Positions 19,241 through 28,921 are shown, counted from the stretch's first letter. The stretch is 64,000 bases of DNA from an uncultured Gammaproteobacteria bacterium (GCA_964352335.1 CAYGRO010000001.1:31830-95829), one strand, 5' to 3'. Notes: a model not told the origin generated them from the letters alone. Program-made: numbers and translations.

Positions 19241-19333
19241 TTTTTTACGAAATGACCGAAAGGCGGTCATTTTCTGATAGAAAAATCTGGCTTGTGGGCT
19301 CCGAGGTAGCTCAGTGGTAGAGCAGTTGGCTGT

Positions 19334-19946
19334 GAAACACTTATATCTGTCCCCATTCTTTATAACTAAAGTCTGGTATGGCAGAGAAAAGAACCTATCG
19401 CGACCGCGCAGAATATCTCAAAAAAGCTGTTGCAAAACGTAGACGAAAGTTACGTGAACAAGCTGTTGAGTATATGGGCGGTAAATGTCAACGCTGTGGC
19501 TATAAAACTTGCATCGAAGCATTAGATTTCCACCATCTTGATCCTCGTGAAAAAGAATTTGGAATATCTGCATCAGGAATGACTCGTTCTTGGGAACGTA
19601 TCAAAACTGAGCTAAATAAATGCATCATGATTTGTGCAAATTGCCATCGCGAAGAACATGCGAAAATTAAACGCAGCTTTAACGAGTAATCGTTATCGAA
19701 AATTGGGTGAATTCGGGGAAGCCTGTTAAATGGTAATCCCGAGCCAATCCTTCGCCGGGAAGTTACTCCCGCAAGCAAGCTTAGCCAAAAATGGCAGGCC
19801 TGCCTGCCGTAGCTTTAGCGAAGGCAGGTGTAGAGACTAGTAGGTGAGTCCCAACAATAATCCTACAATAGCGCCCAATACCCCATAGCTTTATGCGACG
19901 GGGTAATGAGATAGTCCACCCCATTATGAAAATAATGGATAATGTG
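19334..19946 (+). other. Group I intron (IC3-like) in the tRNA-Asn anticodon loop, between positions 35 and 36
   Basis: The core contains GGTGTAGAGACTAG and GAGCCAA..CTTCG..CCGGGAAG, matching the Azoarcus/cyanobacterial tRNA-intron catalytic core. The 5' exon ends in U and the intron ends in G. Confidence 0.75.
19378..19689 (+). CDS. HNH homing endonuclease encoded within the group I intron
   Basis: CQRCGYKTC…DFHHLDP…N…CANCH gives CxxC / HH / N / CxxC-H HNH motifs. The ORF lies inside a peripheral intron region. Confidence 0.8.
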   Translation: MAEKRTYRDRAEYLKKAVAKRRRKLREQAVEYMGGKCQRCGYKTCIEALDFHHLDPREKEFGISASGMTRSWERIKTELNKCIMICANCHREEHAKIKRSFNE

Positions 19947-20001
19947 TAACCAATTGGTCGTGGGTTCGAGTCCCACCCTCGGAGCTTGCTAGCTAGATTC
20001 T

Positions 20002-20031
20002 AAAAACACGCGATATCCGCGTGTTTTTTTA
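20002..20031 (+). terminator. Terminator AAAAACACGCGATATCCGCGTGTTTTTTT after the tRNA-Asn 3' exon
   Basis: Perfect hairpin followed by a T-run. Confidence 0.75.
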
Positions 20032-20089
20032 TTCTTACCTATTGACAAGCGCAATATTTTATGGAGAAAACGTGTATAATAAAGTACAT

Positions 20090-21115
20090 ATGAAATATAA
20101 AATACTCACAATCTCTCTCGTTCTAAGCTTATTCCCTATTACAGGGCAAGCACAAACTCAAGCAGCCCAAGTTATTGATATTGCTTTTCCTGTACAAGGT
20201 GGAGCCGATTATATCGATGACTTTGGTGATCCACGCTATCAACACTCTCATGAGGGCAACGACTTAAAAGCTCCAAAGCATACAGCTGTAATCGCTGCTA
20301 ATGACGGTATTGTCTCTTGGGCTCCTGTACCAGAACCAAGTTATGGTTGGGGTATTTGGGTTAAAGGAGACGATGGCTATACCTATGTCTATATTCACTT
20401 AAATAACGACACCCCAGGAACAGATGATGGAAACGGTGGCGTTGAACATGCCTATGCAGATGGAGTACGCCAAGGTTCTCGAGTTACTCGTGGACAAATC
20501 ATCGGTTGGCTCGGAGATAGTGGAAATGCAGAAAATGCAGGATCACATGTCCATTTTGAAATTAGAGATACAGAAACAGATACACCTATTAATCCCTACC
20601 CTTCTTTAAAAGCTGCTGAAGGAGAAATCCCAGAACTAGAAATTAATTTTGACCCCGAAGCTGCCGCAATATCTGCACCAACGATTAACCATGAACTTGG
20701 TTTACAGTCAGCGACAACTGCTGCTAGCAATTGTGAATCAAATAGTCTCATTAAATCTCCAACTTCTTCTTCTGTCTACTATTGTGCTGCTAATGGAAAA
20801 CGATATGTCTTTTCCAATAGTGGGACTTACTTTAGTTGGTATGCAGACTTTGCTTCCGTTTTAACTATTACAGAAGAACAACTTGCTTCTATCCCACTAG
20901 GTGGAAATGTCACCTACCGCCCTGGAGTAAAAATGCTCAAAATACAAAGTGACCCCAAAGTATACGCAATCGACACAAATGGAACCCTAAGATGGGTCAC
21001 TAGCGCCGTAATAGCCGAAGAACTCTACGGAACAAACTGGAATAAATCTATCGACGATATTTCCGAAACTTTTTTCATCAACTACCAAACCGGAGAAGAT
21101 ATTCTCTACGAATAA
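20090..21115 (+). CDS. Secreted M23-family (LytM-like) metallopeptidase with a C-terminal extension
   Basis: Signal peptide MKYKILTISLVLSL. M23 motifs HEGND (HxxxD) and SHVHFE (HxH). Confidence 0.75.
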   Translation: MKYKILTISLVLSLFPITGQAQTQAAQVIDIAFPVQGGADYIDDFGDPRYQHSHEGNDLKAPKHTAVIAANDGIVSWAPVPEPSYGWGIWVKGDDGYTYVYIHLNNDTPGTDDGNGGVEHAYADGVRQGSRVTRGQIIGWLGDSGNAENAGSHVHFEIRDTETDTPINPYPSLKAAEGEIPELEINFDPEAAAISAPTINHELGLQSATTAASNCESNSLIKSPTSSSVYYCAANGKRYVFSNSGTYFSWYADFASVLTITEEQLASIPLGGNVTYRPGVKMLKIQSDPKVYAIDTNGTLRWVTSAVIAEELYGTNWNKSIDDISETFFINYQTGEDILYE

Positions 21116-21122
21116 CCACCTC

Positions 21123-21188
21123 CTCCCTCTCTTGAAAAGGGAGCCTGCCTGCCGGCAGGCAGGGGTGCCCCTTCAGGGGCGAGAGGGT
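21123..21188. repeat. GC-rich palindromic repeat module (CCCTCTC..GGGAG, CCTGCCTGCC-GGCAGGCAGG, GCCCC-ttca-GGGGC)
   Basis: Perfect 10-bp inverted repeat. The family recurs at 306, 32701, 33281, 37949, 46533 and inside the intron at 19787. Confidence 0.65.
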
Positions 21189-21223
21189 TCATGTAAGACC
21201 AAAACACGAATGTAATTTCTCTA

Positions 21224-21362
21224 AGCGCTAACGGGGTCCGGGGTAATAGTTGCTTCTTAGAAGTAATATAGTTGCATGCACATACAAGAAGCTCCTATTA
21301 CCCCGGCGACTTTTTTGCTTCGTTTTTTGGTCGTTCAAAAAATGAAGGCCTAGCGGCGAGCG
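21224..21362 (+). ncRNA. Conserved ~138-nt structured element, copy 1 (candidate novel ncRNA)
   Basis: A second copy lies at 35213-35350 with conserved blocks (AGCGCTAAYGGGGTC, GCTTCT…AAGAAGCTCC, TTTTGCTTCGTTTTT…CAAAAAATGAAGGCC, GCGGCGAGCG). A compensatory helix is preserved: CCGGGGTAATAG/CTATTACCCCGG here versus CTGGGGGAA/TTCCCCCAG in copy 2. Confidence 0.6.
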
Positions 21363-21394
21363 TCAGCAATAAGCTAATGAACAATAATCAGTAC

Positions 21395-21428
21395 AACAAA
21401 CACAAAAAAGCTCTGAACAATTCAGAGC
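21395..21428. terminator. Bidirectional terminator AAAAAAGCTCTGAACAATTCAGAGCTTTTTT
   Basis: Perfect hairpin with flanking A- and T-runs. Confidence 0.75.
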
Positions 21429-21453
21429 TTTTTTAAATGCATTGTTTAAAACC

Positions 21454-21942
21454 TTAGTTTGAAGGCAATACCAAAGGATCACTCATTGCTGGTCCTGTCC
21501 CCTCTTCCATAAGTTCATCATCCATACATCTTGGCATTTCATATTCAGGACAGAATTTTCTTGTACAAGCAGCTAATGCTTCTTCCCCTTCTACATCGGC
21601 TCTTACACAATTATTACATCCATCAGAAAAACTCTTACAAGAAGCATCAATCATCGTTTTCCAACTATTTTGATCATAAGAAGGTGTCATCATTTCTTTC
21701 ATTTCATCCTTGAGACTTAACATTTCTGATTTCATTTGCATATAAGCATCTTTATCCATCATATGCTTACCATCCATTTTAGAATTATTCATTGGTGAAT
21801 AAACACTTGCAACAATAATACCACCAAAAACGAGGACAGATAATAACGTTAAAATACCTAAAACGATATCTAAAATAATAAGTCCTTTTGTATCAGGGCG
21901 TTCTTGTATTTGTTTTTGTTTCTCTTTTGTTTTTTTAGCCAT
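21454..21942 (-). CDS. Membrane-anchored Met-rich, Cys-rich hypothetical protein
   Basis: One transmembrane segment, then KHMMDKDAYMQMKSEMLSLKDEMKEMM, then a Cys-rich tail (CKSFSDGCNNC…C…C…C). Confidence 0.5.
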   Translation of the reverse strand: MAKKTKEKQKQIQERPDTKGLIILDIVLGILTLLSVLVFGGIIVASVYSPMNNSKMDGKHMMDKDAYMQMKSEMLSLKDEMKEMMTPSYDQNSWKTMIDASCKSFSDGCNNCVRADVEGEEALAACTRKFCPEYEMPRCMDDELMEEGTGPAMSDPLVLPSN

Positions 21943-21996
21943 AGATTTTATTTAATTATGTATAAATAGTATAGCAAATAAAAATAATATTAAAAA

Positions 21997-22033
21997 CAAA
22001 AGAACCACCTTATTGCTAAGGTGGTTCTTTGTT
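21997..22033. terminator. Terminator AAAGAACCACCTTATTGCTAAGGTGGTTCTTTG
   Basis: A 10-bp stem. Confidence 0.65.
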
Positions 22034-22062
22034 AACACAAAGCGTGTTAAAAAAAGATTGGA

Positions 22063-22347
22063 CTAAAGTACTGCGTCTTTTGCAGCTTTAGCAACACGGA
22101 ACTTCACAACTGTTTTAGCTGGAATTTGGATTTGTTCCCCAGTCATTGGGTTACGCCCTGTTCGTGCAGCTCGATCTTTTTTAACGAGCTTACCTAATCC
22201 TGGAAGAGTTAATTCTCCAGAAGATACTACTTCTTTATAAGCAAGTTCAGTTAAAGCGTCCCATAGGGCCACTACATCTTTCTTACTTAATTCTGTTTTG
22301 TCAGATAAAGCCTGCATTAGTTGAGACTTTGTCATTCCTTTTGCCAT
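22063..22347 (-). CDS. hup: DNA-binding protein HU
   Basis: HU signature …LPGLGKLVKKDRAARTGRNPMTGEQIQIPAKTVVKFRVAKAAKDAV. The start was placed at an internal Met (MAKGMTKSQL). Confidence 0.85.
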   Translation of the reverse strand: MAKGMTKSQLMQALSDKTELSKKDVVALWDALTELAYKEVVSSGELTLPGLGKLVKKDRAARTGRNPMTGEQIQIPAKTVVKFRVAKAAKDAVL

Positions 22348-22784
22348 ATTTTTAAAGGAATTAATAGTTAAGACCTCTCTATTATAGGCAAAACTTAGGG
22401 AAAACCACAAGTTAATTAAAAAAGACGTGATCAAAACTCTAGGAATTTGTCAAATTTTCCTAAAATAATTAAAAATCCTACCCTATCCGCTCATCAGTCA
22501 GTGAAAGATAAACAAGGGATAGGAGGGGAACCCAAGTATACTTTCAACTGATGAGCGGACAAAATAGGAGAATTGATTTACCAACTTATCAAACTAATTA
22601 TGACGTGTCAATAATCAGTAACCATGAAAAGAATTCTTTTAATCTCTTAATAAAGGTGTGTGTAGAAAACAAATTCCCCTCTGTTATTTGCGACAAACAA
22701 AAAACTTTTTCTATTCCTCTTACTACATCTTTCTTGTATACTAAAAACACCCACACCTCGTTGCAATCGGAGCAATGAGGTTTT

Positions 22785-23873
22785 ATGTTTTCAGACCATA
22801 TTTATCTTTATGCATTACTTAGTTTACCTAAACTAGGCCCAATTAAAATCAATCAGTTATTAGAATTTTTTCATTATGATAGTAAATTATGCTGGGAATC
22901 AATAGACAATGAAAATATACAAGGCATTTCAACTGATTTTCTCTACCACTTGCAAAAAGAAAAGAAAAAAATTAACTTATTCCAACTTCAAGAACGGCTG
23001 AAAGAAACAAATACACAGACAATTGCTAAAACAGATAAAGACTACCCGCATCTTTTAAAAGAAATCCCAGACGCTCCACCACTTTTATTCTATAAAGGTA
23101 TTTTGCCAAATAACCAGCGAAAACTTATTACCATTGTCGGCACAAGAACAATGTCGAGGTATGGTGAAAGCGTTTTACAAGAACTCCTCCCTCCTCTCTG
23201 CCAAGAACAAATAGGAATTATTAGCGGACTTGCATTTGGTATTGATGCACAATCACATAGAATAGCGATAAATCAAAAAACTTATACTGCAGCTGTTCTT
23301 GGATCGAGTGTCGACAAAATTACTCCTTCTAGACATGACCTACTTGCACAAGAACTTTTAGAATCTGGTGGCGCGATTATTAGTGAATCTCCCCCTAAAA
23401 CAAATGCTTATGACGGAAGCTTTCCAAGAAGAAACAGAATATTAGCTGGATTTTCTTCACTTACGCTTATCATTGAAGCAGCAGAAAAGTCTGGAGCACT
23501 TATAACGGCAAGATACGCCCTTGATTACAATCGAGATATCGCAACAATTCCAGGGTCAATATTTTCTCAAACAAGTAAAGGATGTAATAACTTGCTAAAA
23601 AATGGAGCTATTACCATAACAACCCCACAAGATATTATTGATGCATTAAAAGTAGAAACACAGCTTATAACGGAACAATTGCCATTAGGATTAAGCGAAA
23701 TTGAAATTCTCGTCCTTCAACTACTTAAACCTGAGCCACAACCAATAGATCTCTTATTAGCTACTTATACTGGCAGAAGTGCTGAATTATTTAACTTATT
23801 AACAATGCTAGAGCTAAAAAACTTGGTCGAAAATATCCCAGGATATGGCTATGCACTAAAGAAAAAACTGTAA
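22785..23873 (+). CDS. dprA: DNA-processing protein DprA (Smf)
   Basis: Rossmann-like DprA core with GLAFGIDAQSHRIAI and GTR…SRYG motifs. Confidence 0.8.
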   Translation: MFSDHIYLYALLSLPKLGPIKINQLLEFFHYDSKLCWESIDNENIQGISTDFLYHLQKEKKKINLFQLQERLKETNTQTIAKTDKDYPHLLKEIPDAPPLLFYKGILPNNQRKLITIVGTRTMSRYGESVLQELLPPLCQEQIGIISGLAFGIDAQSHRIAINQKTYTAAVLGSSVDKITPSRHDLLAQELLESGGAIISESPPKTNAYDGSFPRRNRILAGFSSLTLIIEAAEKSGALITARYALDYNRDIATIPGSIFSQTSKGCNNLLKNGAITITTPQDIIDALKVETQLITEQLPLGLSEIEILVLQLLKPEPQPIDLLLATYTGRSAELFNLLTMLELKNLVENIPGYGYALKKKL

Positions 23874-24006
23874 ATACATGATTAAGCCTTATTTGACAGA
23901 TATTTTTGAATAAGGCATCATGGCATTTGTGTCAAAAATTTGACAGAGATTAATTCTACGTGGTGTAATCTCTTTACAGCACCTCTTATATATAAGGAGT
24001 AAATAC

Positions 24007-26358
24007 ATGAGCAAAAAGCTAGTTATCGTTGAGTCCCCAACAAAAGCTAAAACTATTTCAAAATTTTTAGGATCTGAATATATTGTCGAATCATCATTCG
24101 GCCATATTCGAGATTTGCCTAAAAGTAAGCTCGGTGTAGATGTTGACGCAAATTATGAACCAACCTATACCATCCCAACAACTGCAAAAAAACAGGTAAC
24201 AGCGCTTAAAAAAATTGCTAAAGATGCAACAGAAATCATCCTCGCTACCGATGAAGATCGCGAAGGAGAAGCTATTGCTTGGCATTTATTAGAAGCATTA
24301 AAGATCAAAGACAAACCTGTTTCTCGAATTGTATTTCATGAAATCACAAAAGAAGCGATTGAAGAAGCCTTAGCAAACTCTCGCCAAGTAGACCAAGATC
24401 TTGTAGATGCTCAACAAGCTCGACGTATTTTAGATCGCTTAGTTGGGTATAAACTCTCTCCCCTTTTGTGGTCAAAAATTCGGCGTGGACTTTCTGCTGG
24501 TCGTGTACAATCTGTTGCCATGCGATTAATCGTGGAACGAGAACGAGAACGAAAAGCATTTGATATCGACGAATACTGGACAATCGATGGCCTTTTTGAA
24601 AAAAACGAAATCGAATTTGAAGGAAAACTAACTGAACGAAAAGGCGAAAAAGTAAAAAAGCTTGATATTAAAAATGAAGAAGAAGCCCAAGCGATTACTA
24701 ATGACCTTAAAGAAGCAACTTACATTGTTAGTGGAATTTCAAAAAAACAAGCAACAAGAAAACCACCTACACCTTTTAAAACATCGGTTCTTCAACAAGA
24801 AGCAAATAATGTTTTAGGGTTTAGCGCCAAACAAACCATGACCGTTGCACAAAAGCTATACGAAACTGGGTATATTACCTATATGCGTACAGACTCATTA
24901 AATTTGGCACAAAAGTTTTTAAACGAAGCACAAACATTTATTTCGAATAACTACGGAGCAAATTATGCCAAAGGCCCAGTTGCTTATAAAACAGGTAAAA
25001 AAGATGCTCAAGAGGCCCATGAAGCCATTCGTCCAACCGATGTAAACAAACACCCAGATCTTGTTAAAGCAGAACTAGAAGCCGGACAATGGAAATTATA
25101 TAACCTTATTTGGAGACGAACCGTTGCTACACAATTACCACCAGCAAAATTAGAACGAACAGGAATCGACTTAAAAGCAAATGATTATACTTTTAGAGCC
25201 AATGGAAGCATTGTTGTTTTTGATGGGTTTATGAAAGTGTATAAAGCTTCAAAAGAAAAAATCTTACCGGAAGTAAAAGAAGGAGATGCGGTAAATGCAC
25301 AAAGCATTACTCCTGTTCAACATTTTACTGAACCACCAGCACGATATTCAGACGCAACATTAGTAAAAGTTTTAGAAGAACACGGTATTGGCCGACCTTC
25401 TACCTATGCTCCAACAATTGGGACCATTATTGCTCGTGGATATGTTGATCGTGACGACAATAAAAAACTCTTCCCTACCGATATTGCTGGTATTGTCACC
25501 GACATGCTTATTGAACATTTCCCTAAAATTGTTGATTATGAATTTACCGCGGAAATGGAAAATTCATTGGACGAAATCGCGGAAGGAAAAATTGAATGGG
25601 CACCAATGCTTGATGCTTTTTATAAACCCTTTATTGCAACCATTGAAGAAAAAGACAAAACACTCACACGAGAAGAAATCATGCCAGACCGTATTTTAGG
25701 AAATGATCCTGAAACAGGATTACCTATTCATGTAAGAACCGGTCGTTATGGGGCATATGTTCAATTAGGTGAATGGTCAGAAGAAGATCGAAAAGCGAAA
25801 AAGAATAAACCAAAAAGTGTTTCACTTTCTCGAGATTTGCAAATGGAAAGCATTACTTTTGATGAAGGACTAGCATTGCTTGAATTACCAAAAGTTGTTG
25901 GAAAAACAAAAGAAGGAGTAGATATTACCGTACAAATTGGACCTTTTGGGCCTTACTTAAAAGGAGGAGATATTAATATCACTTTACCGAAAGAATACAG
26001 CCCTATTAAACTAGATGAGATAGATATCAATACTTTTTTTGCAGAAGCCGCTGAACAAAAGAAAAAAATGATGACTCCAATTGCTGAATTAGGGGAAGAC
26101 CCAAATTCAAAAGGACAAATCCAAATTAAATTGGGGCGATACGGACATTACGTTACAGATGGAGAAACAAATGCTTCTATTAAAAAAGATATCGACCCAT
26201 TAACTGTTACAAGAGAAGATGCTATTGATATTTTAGAGAAGAAAAGAAAAGCACCAAAACGAAATTGGGGAAAGAAAAAAACAGCAACCAAACCTAAAGC
26301 AAAAACAACAAAGAAGAAAGCCACCAAGAAAAAGACTTCAAAAAGTAAAAGCTCGTAG
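24007..26358 (+). CDS. topA: DNA topoisomerase I (type IA) with a Lys-rich C-terminal tail
   Basis: TOPRIM domain (LVIVESPTKAKTI, DEDREGE), the catalytic Tyr region, and C-terminal Zn-ribbon-like/KKK-repeat domains. 783 aa. Confidence 0.9.
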   Translation: MSKKLVIVESPTKAKTISKFLGSEYIVESSFGHIRDLPKSKLGVDVDANYEPTYTIPTTAKKQVTALKKIAKDATEIILATDEDREGEAIAWHLLEALKIKDKPVSRIVFHEITKEAIEEALANSRQVDQDLVDAQQARRILDRLVGYKLSPLLWSKIRRGLSAGRVQSVAMRLIVERERERKAFDIDEYWTIDGLFEKNEIEFEGKLTERKGEKVKKLDIKNEEEAQAITNDLKEATYIVSGISKKQATRKPPTPFKTSVLQQEANNVLGFSAKQTMTVAQKLYETGYITYMRTDSLNLAQKFLNEAQTFISNNYGANYAKGPVAYKTGKKDAQEAHEAIRPTDVNKHPDLVKAELEAGQWKLYNLIWRRTVATQLPPAKLERTGIDLKANDYTFRANGSIVVFDGFMKVYKASKEKILPEVKEGDAVNAQSITPVQHFTEPPARYSDATLVKVLEEHGIGRPSTYAPTIGTIIARGYVDRDDNKKLFPTDIAGIVTDMLIEHFPKIVDYEFTAEMENSLDEIAEGKIEWAPMLDAFYKPFIATIEEKDKTLTREEIMPDRILGNDPETGLPIHVRTGRYGAYVQLGEWSEEDRKAKKNKPKSVSLSRDLQMESITFDEGLALLELPKVVGKTKEGVDITVQIGPFGPYLKGGDINITLPKEYSPIKLDEIDINTFFAEAAEQKKKMMTPIAELGEDPNSKGQIQIKLGRYGHYVTDGETNASIKKDIDPLTVTREDAIDILEKKRKAPKRNWGKKKTATKPKAKTTKKKATKKKTSKSKSS

Positions 26359-26408
26359 CTAGTAGGAAAGTAGCTAATTGCTTTCCTCCCCTCCTACTTG
26401 CTAATTTT

Positions 26409-27905
26409 ATGCAAGATTCAGTCGATCAATTATATAAGGCGTTCGTCAAAGAGGTACAATTTTACGTACCCGATGCCTATTTTGATGTACTTGAAAAAGC
26501 CTACCTATTTGCCAAAGAAAAACATGAAGGACAATTACGACAAAGTGGAGAACCCTATATTATCCACCCTATTTTGGTCGCAACAAATTTAGCGCGCCTT
26601 AGCATGGACTCACATGCCATGGCAGCCGCCCTTTTACACGACACCTTAGAAGACACAGATGCAACCTATGAAGAGCTTGAAGAACTTTTTAATAAAGATA
26701 TCGCTCAATTAGTTGAAGGAGTTTCAAAACTAAGAGCAATCCATTTTAAAGAAGATACGCAATATATAGAAAATTTGCGTAAACTTATTATTGCAACGGC
26801 ACAAGATATTCGAGTCATTATTATTCGTCTCTGTGATCGTTTGCATAATATGCAAACACTTGAATATCTTTCTACAGAAAGGCAATTACGTATTGCCCAT
26901 GAAATTCAAGAAATTTATGGACCAATCGCCCATCGTTTACAAATCGGACAATTAAGTGGAGAACTAGAAGATTGGGCTTTTAAATATACACACCCAGAAG
27001 AATATAGATGGTTATACAATGTCACAAGAAAAAATTTCGTTGAACATGAAAACACCTTCAATAAAGCACAAGAACGCATTCAAACTATTTTAAAAGATGA
27101 AGGTATTGAAGTAATAGAAACAAAACATAGAATTAAAAATCTTTATAGCCTTTATAAAAAATTACTGCGATACGATAATGACTTATCACTTATCTATGAT
27201 TTAGTTGCTTTGCGAGTAATCGTTCCAAAGGTTTCTGATTGCTATGCAACCCTTGGTTTAATTCATCGAGAATATAAACCACTTAAAGGACGAATTAAAG
27301 ATTATATCGCCCACCCAAAAGCAAATGGATATACCTCATTACATACAACAGTTTTGATTGAAAATGGCTATATAGTAGAAATCCAAATTCGCACACCAGA
27401 AATGGACAGACAATCTGAATTTGGTATTGCTGCTCATTGGCAGTATAAAGAAGGATCTATTTATCCAAAACGCGAAATTCAAGTTTCTTGGGTAAAAGAA
27501 TTAGCTAAAATTATTCAAGAAATTAAAGACCCTAAAGATTTAGAATCTGTTAAATTAGACCTATTTAAACACAGAATTTTTGTTCTCACCCCTAAAGGAG
27601 ATGTGATTGATTTACCAGAAGACTCTACCCCTATCGATTTTGCTTACCATATTCATACAGAAGTTGGTAACCAGGCTGTTAAAGCCAAAGTAAATGGAAT
27701 CATTAAATCTGTAGATACAATTTTACAAAATGGAGACGTTGTAGAAGTTGTTACAGATAAAAACAAAAAAGGCCCAGACATCAAATGGCTAGACTCTGCT
27801 AAAACAAACCAAGCTCGTTCAAAAATAAAACATTATAACCGTCGCAAACTAGCAAAATGGGAAAAAGAACTTGAGCCTCATGAGTTAAAAAAGAAGAAAG
27901 ACTAA
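26409..27905 (+). CDS. rel: RelA/SpoT-family (p)ppGpp synthetase/hydrolase, short form (HD plus synthetase plus TGS domains)
   Basis: HD motif HDTLEDT, synthetase domain (…RVIVP…), and TGS (THPEEY…). Confidence 0.8.
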   Translation: MQDSVDQLYKAFVKEVQFYVPDAYFDVLEKAYLFAKEKHEGQLRQSGEPYIIHPILVATNLARLSMDSHAMAAALLHDTLEDTDATYEELEELFNKDIAQLVEGVSKLRAIHFKEDTQYIENLRKLIIATAQDIRVIIIRLCDRLHNMQTLEYLSTERQLRIAHEIQEIYGPIAHRLQIGQLSGELEDWAFKYTHPEEYRWLYNVTRKNFVEHENTFNKAQERIQTILKDEGIEVIETKHRIKNLYSLYKKLLRYDNDLSLIYDLVALRVIVPKVSDCYATLGLIHREYKPLKGRIKDYIAHPKANGYTSLHTTVLIENGYIVEIQIRTPEMDRQSEFGIAAHWQYKEGSIYPKREIQVSWVKELAKIIQEIKDPKDLESVKLDLFKHRIFVLTPKGDVIDLPEDSTPIDFAYHIHTEVGNQAVKAKVNGIIKSVDTILQNGDVVEVVTDKNKKGPDIKWLDSAKTNQARSKIKHYNRRKLAKWEKELEPHELKKKKD

Positions 27906-28798
27906 GTAAGCTCGTTTAATAAACGTTGCAATTCTTCAATCGAATAAAAATTTATTTGAATCTGGCCTTTTTCGCCAGATTTTTTGATAGAAACTTTCGT
28001 CCCTAATCGTTCACGTAACATTTCTTCTTGTGCTTCTCGCACTGGGTCAAACCGCCCTCCATTACTTGGGCGAGAAGCTTTTCGAGAAACCTTTGTTGCT
28101 TGTTCTAAATCTCTTACTGTTAATTTATTTTCTAAAACTTGTTTTGCATAGACGGCTTGCTCAGAAGCTGAATCTAGGCTCGCTAAAACTTTAGCATGCC
28201 CCATACTAATTTTGCCTTCCGCAACTGCTTTTTGTACTTCATCAGGCAATACAAGAATACGCAAAGCATTGGCAATGCTCGAACGACTCTTCCCTACTCG
28301 TTTAGCTACTTCATCTTGAGTAATATTAAATTCATCCATTAATCGTTGATAAGCCATGGCTTCTTCAACAGGATTTAAGTCATGTCTTTGCACATTTTCT
28401 ACAATCGCCAAAGCCATTCGTTCATGTTCATCTACTTTTCGTACAATCACAGGAACTGTTTTTAACCCAGCAAGTTCAGAGGCACGCAACCTACGTTCAC
28501 CAGCAATTAAAACGTACTTTCCACCAGCACTAATAGGCATGACAACAAGAGGCTGTAAAATACCATGTTGTTTAATCGAATTAGTTAAATCTTCTAAAGC
28601 TTGATGATCAAAATGTTTCCTCGGCTGATCAGGATTTGGTAATACATTGGACAATGCTACCTCTAAAACACCTTGATTCTCACTTTGGGCAACAGGAAGA
28701 ACCTGTGGTGTTACAGGCTTTGCTTCTTGTTCTTCCGCTCCTTGTTTAGAAGCTTGTGGTATTAAGGCTCCAAGTCCTTTTCCTAATCCTTTCGACAT
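27902..28798 (-). CDS. parB: Chromosome partitioning protein ParB/Spo0J
   Basis: ParB box GERRLRASELAGL and HTH; adjacent to parA. Confidence 0.85.
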   Translation of the reverse strand: MSKGLGKGLGALIPQASKQGAEEQEAKPVTPQVLPVAQSENQGVLEVALSNVLPNPDQPRKHFDHQALEDLTNSIKQHGILQPLVVMPISAGGKYVLIAGERRLRASELAGLKTVPVIVRKVDEHERMALAIVENVQRHDLNPVEEAMAYQRLMDEFNITQDEVAKRVGKSRSSIANALRILVLPDEVQKAVAEGKISMGHAKVLASLDSASEQAVYAKQVLENKLTVRDLEQATKVSRKASRPSNGGRFDPVREAQEEMLRERLGTKVSIKKSGEKGQIQINFYSIEELQRLLNELT

Positions 28799-28921
28799 AT
28801 GTAACTTTGTTTATGATTTTTGTGATTGACCAACTTTATCATCGAATCTACGAATTATGACCAATCTACGAATCCTGAATGTATTTATTTGTAGATTGGT
28901 TTTAATTTGTAGATTCGATAT

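Larger units (their letters stand above)
19300..19984 (+). tRNA. tRNA-Asn(GUU) split by a group I intron (exon 1 19300-19333, exon 2 19947-19984)
   Basis: The two exons assemble into UCCGAGGUAGCUCAGUGGUAGAGCAGUUGGCUGU|UAACCAAUUGGUCGUGGGUUCGAGUCCCACCCUCGGAG. Features include U1-A72, a G73 discriminator, anticodon loop CUGUUAA, and near-identity in architecture to bacterial tRNA-Asn. Confidence 0.8.

Noticed and set aside
20043-20080. Promoter for the M23 peptidase (TTGACA at 20043 and TGTATAAT at 20073)
   Set aside because: The two hexamers are about 24 nt apart, so the spacing is wrong. The -10 element is only 9 nt from the ATG. This could be a leaderless arrangement, but I could not support a confident promoter call.
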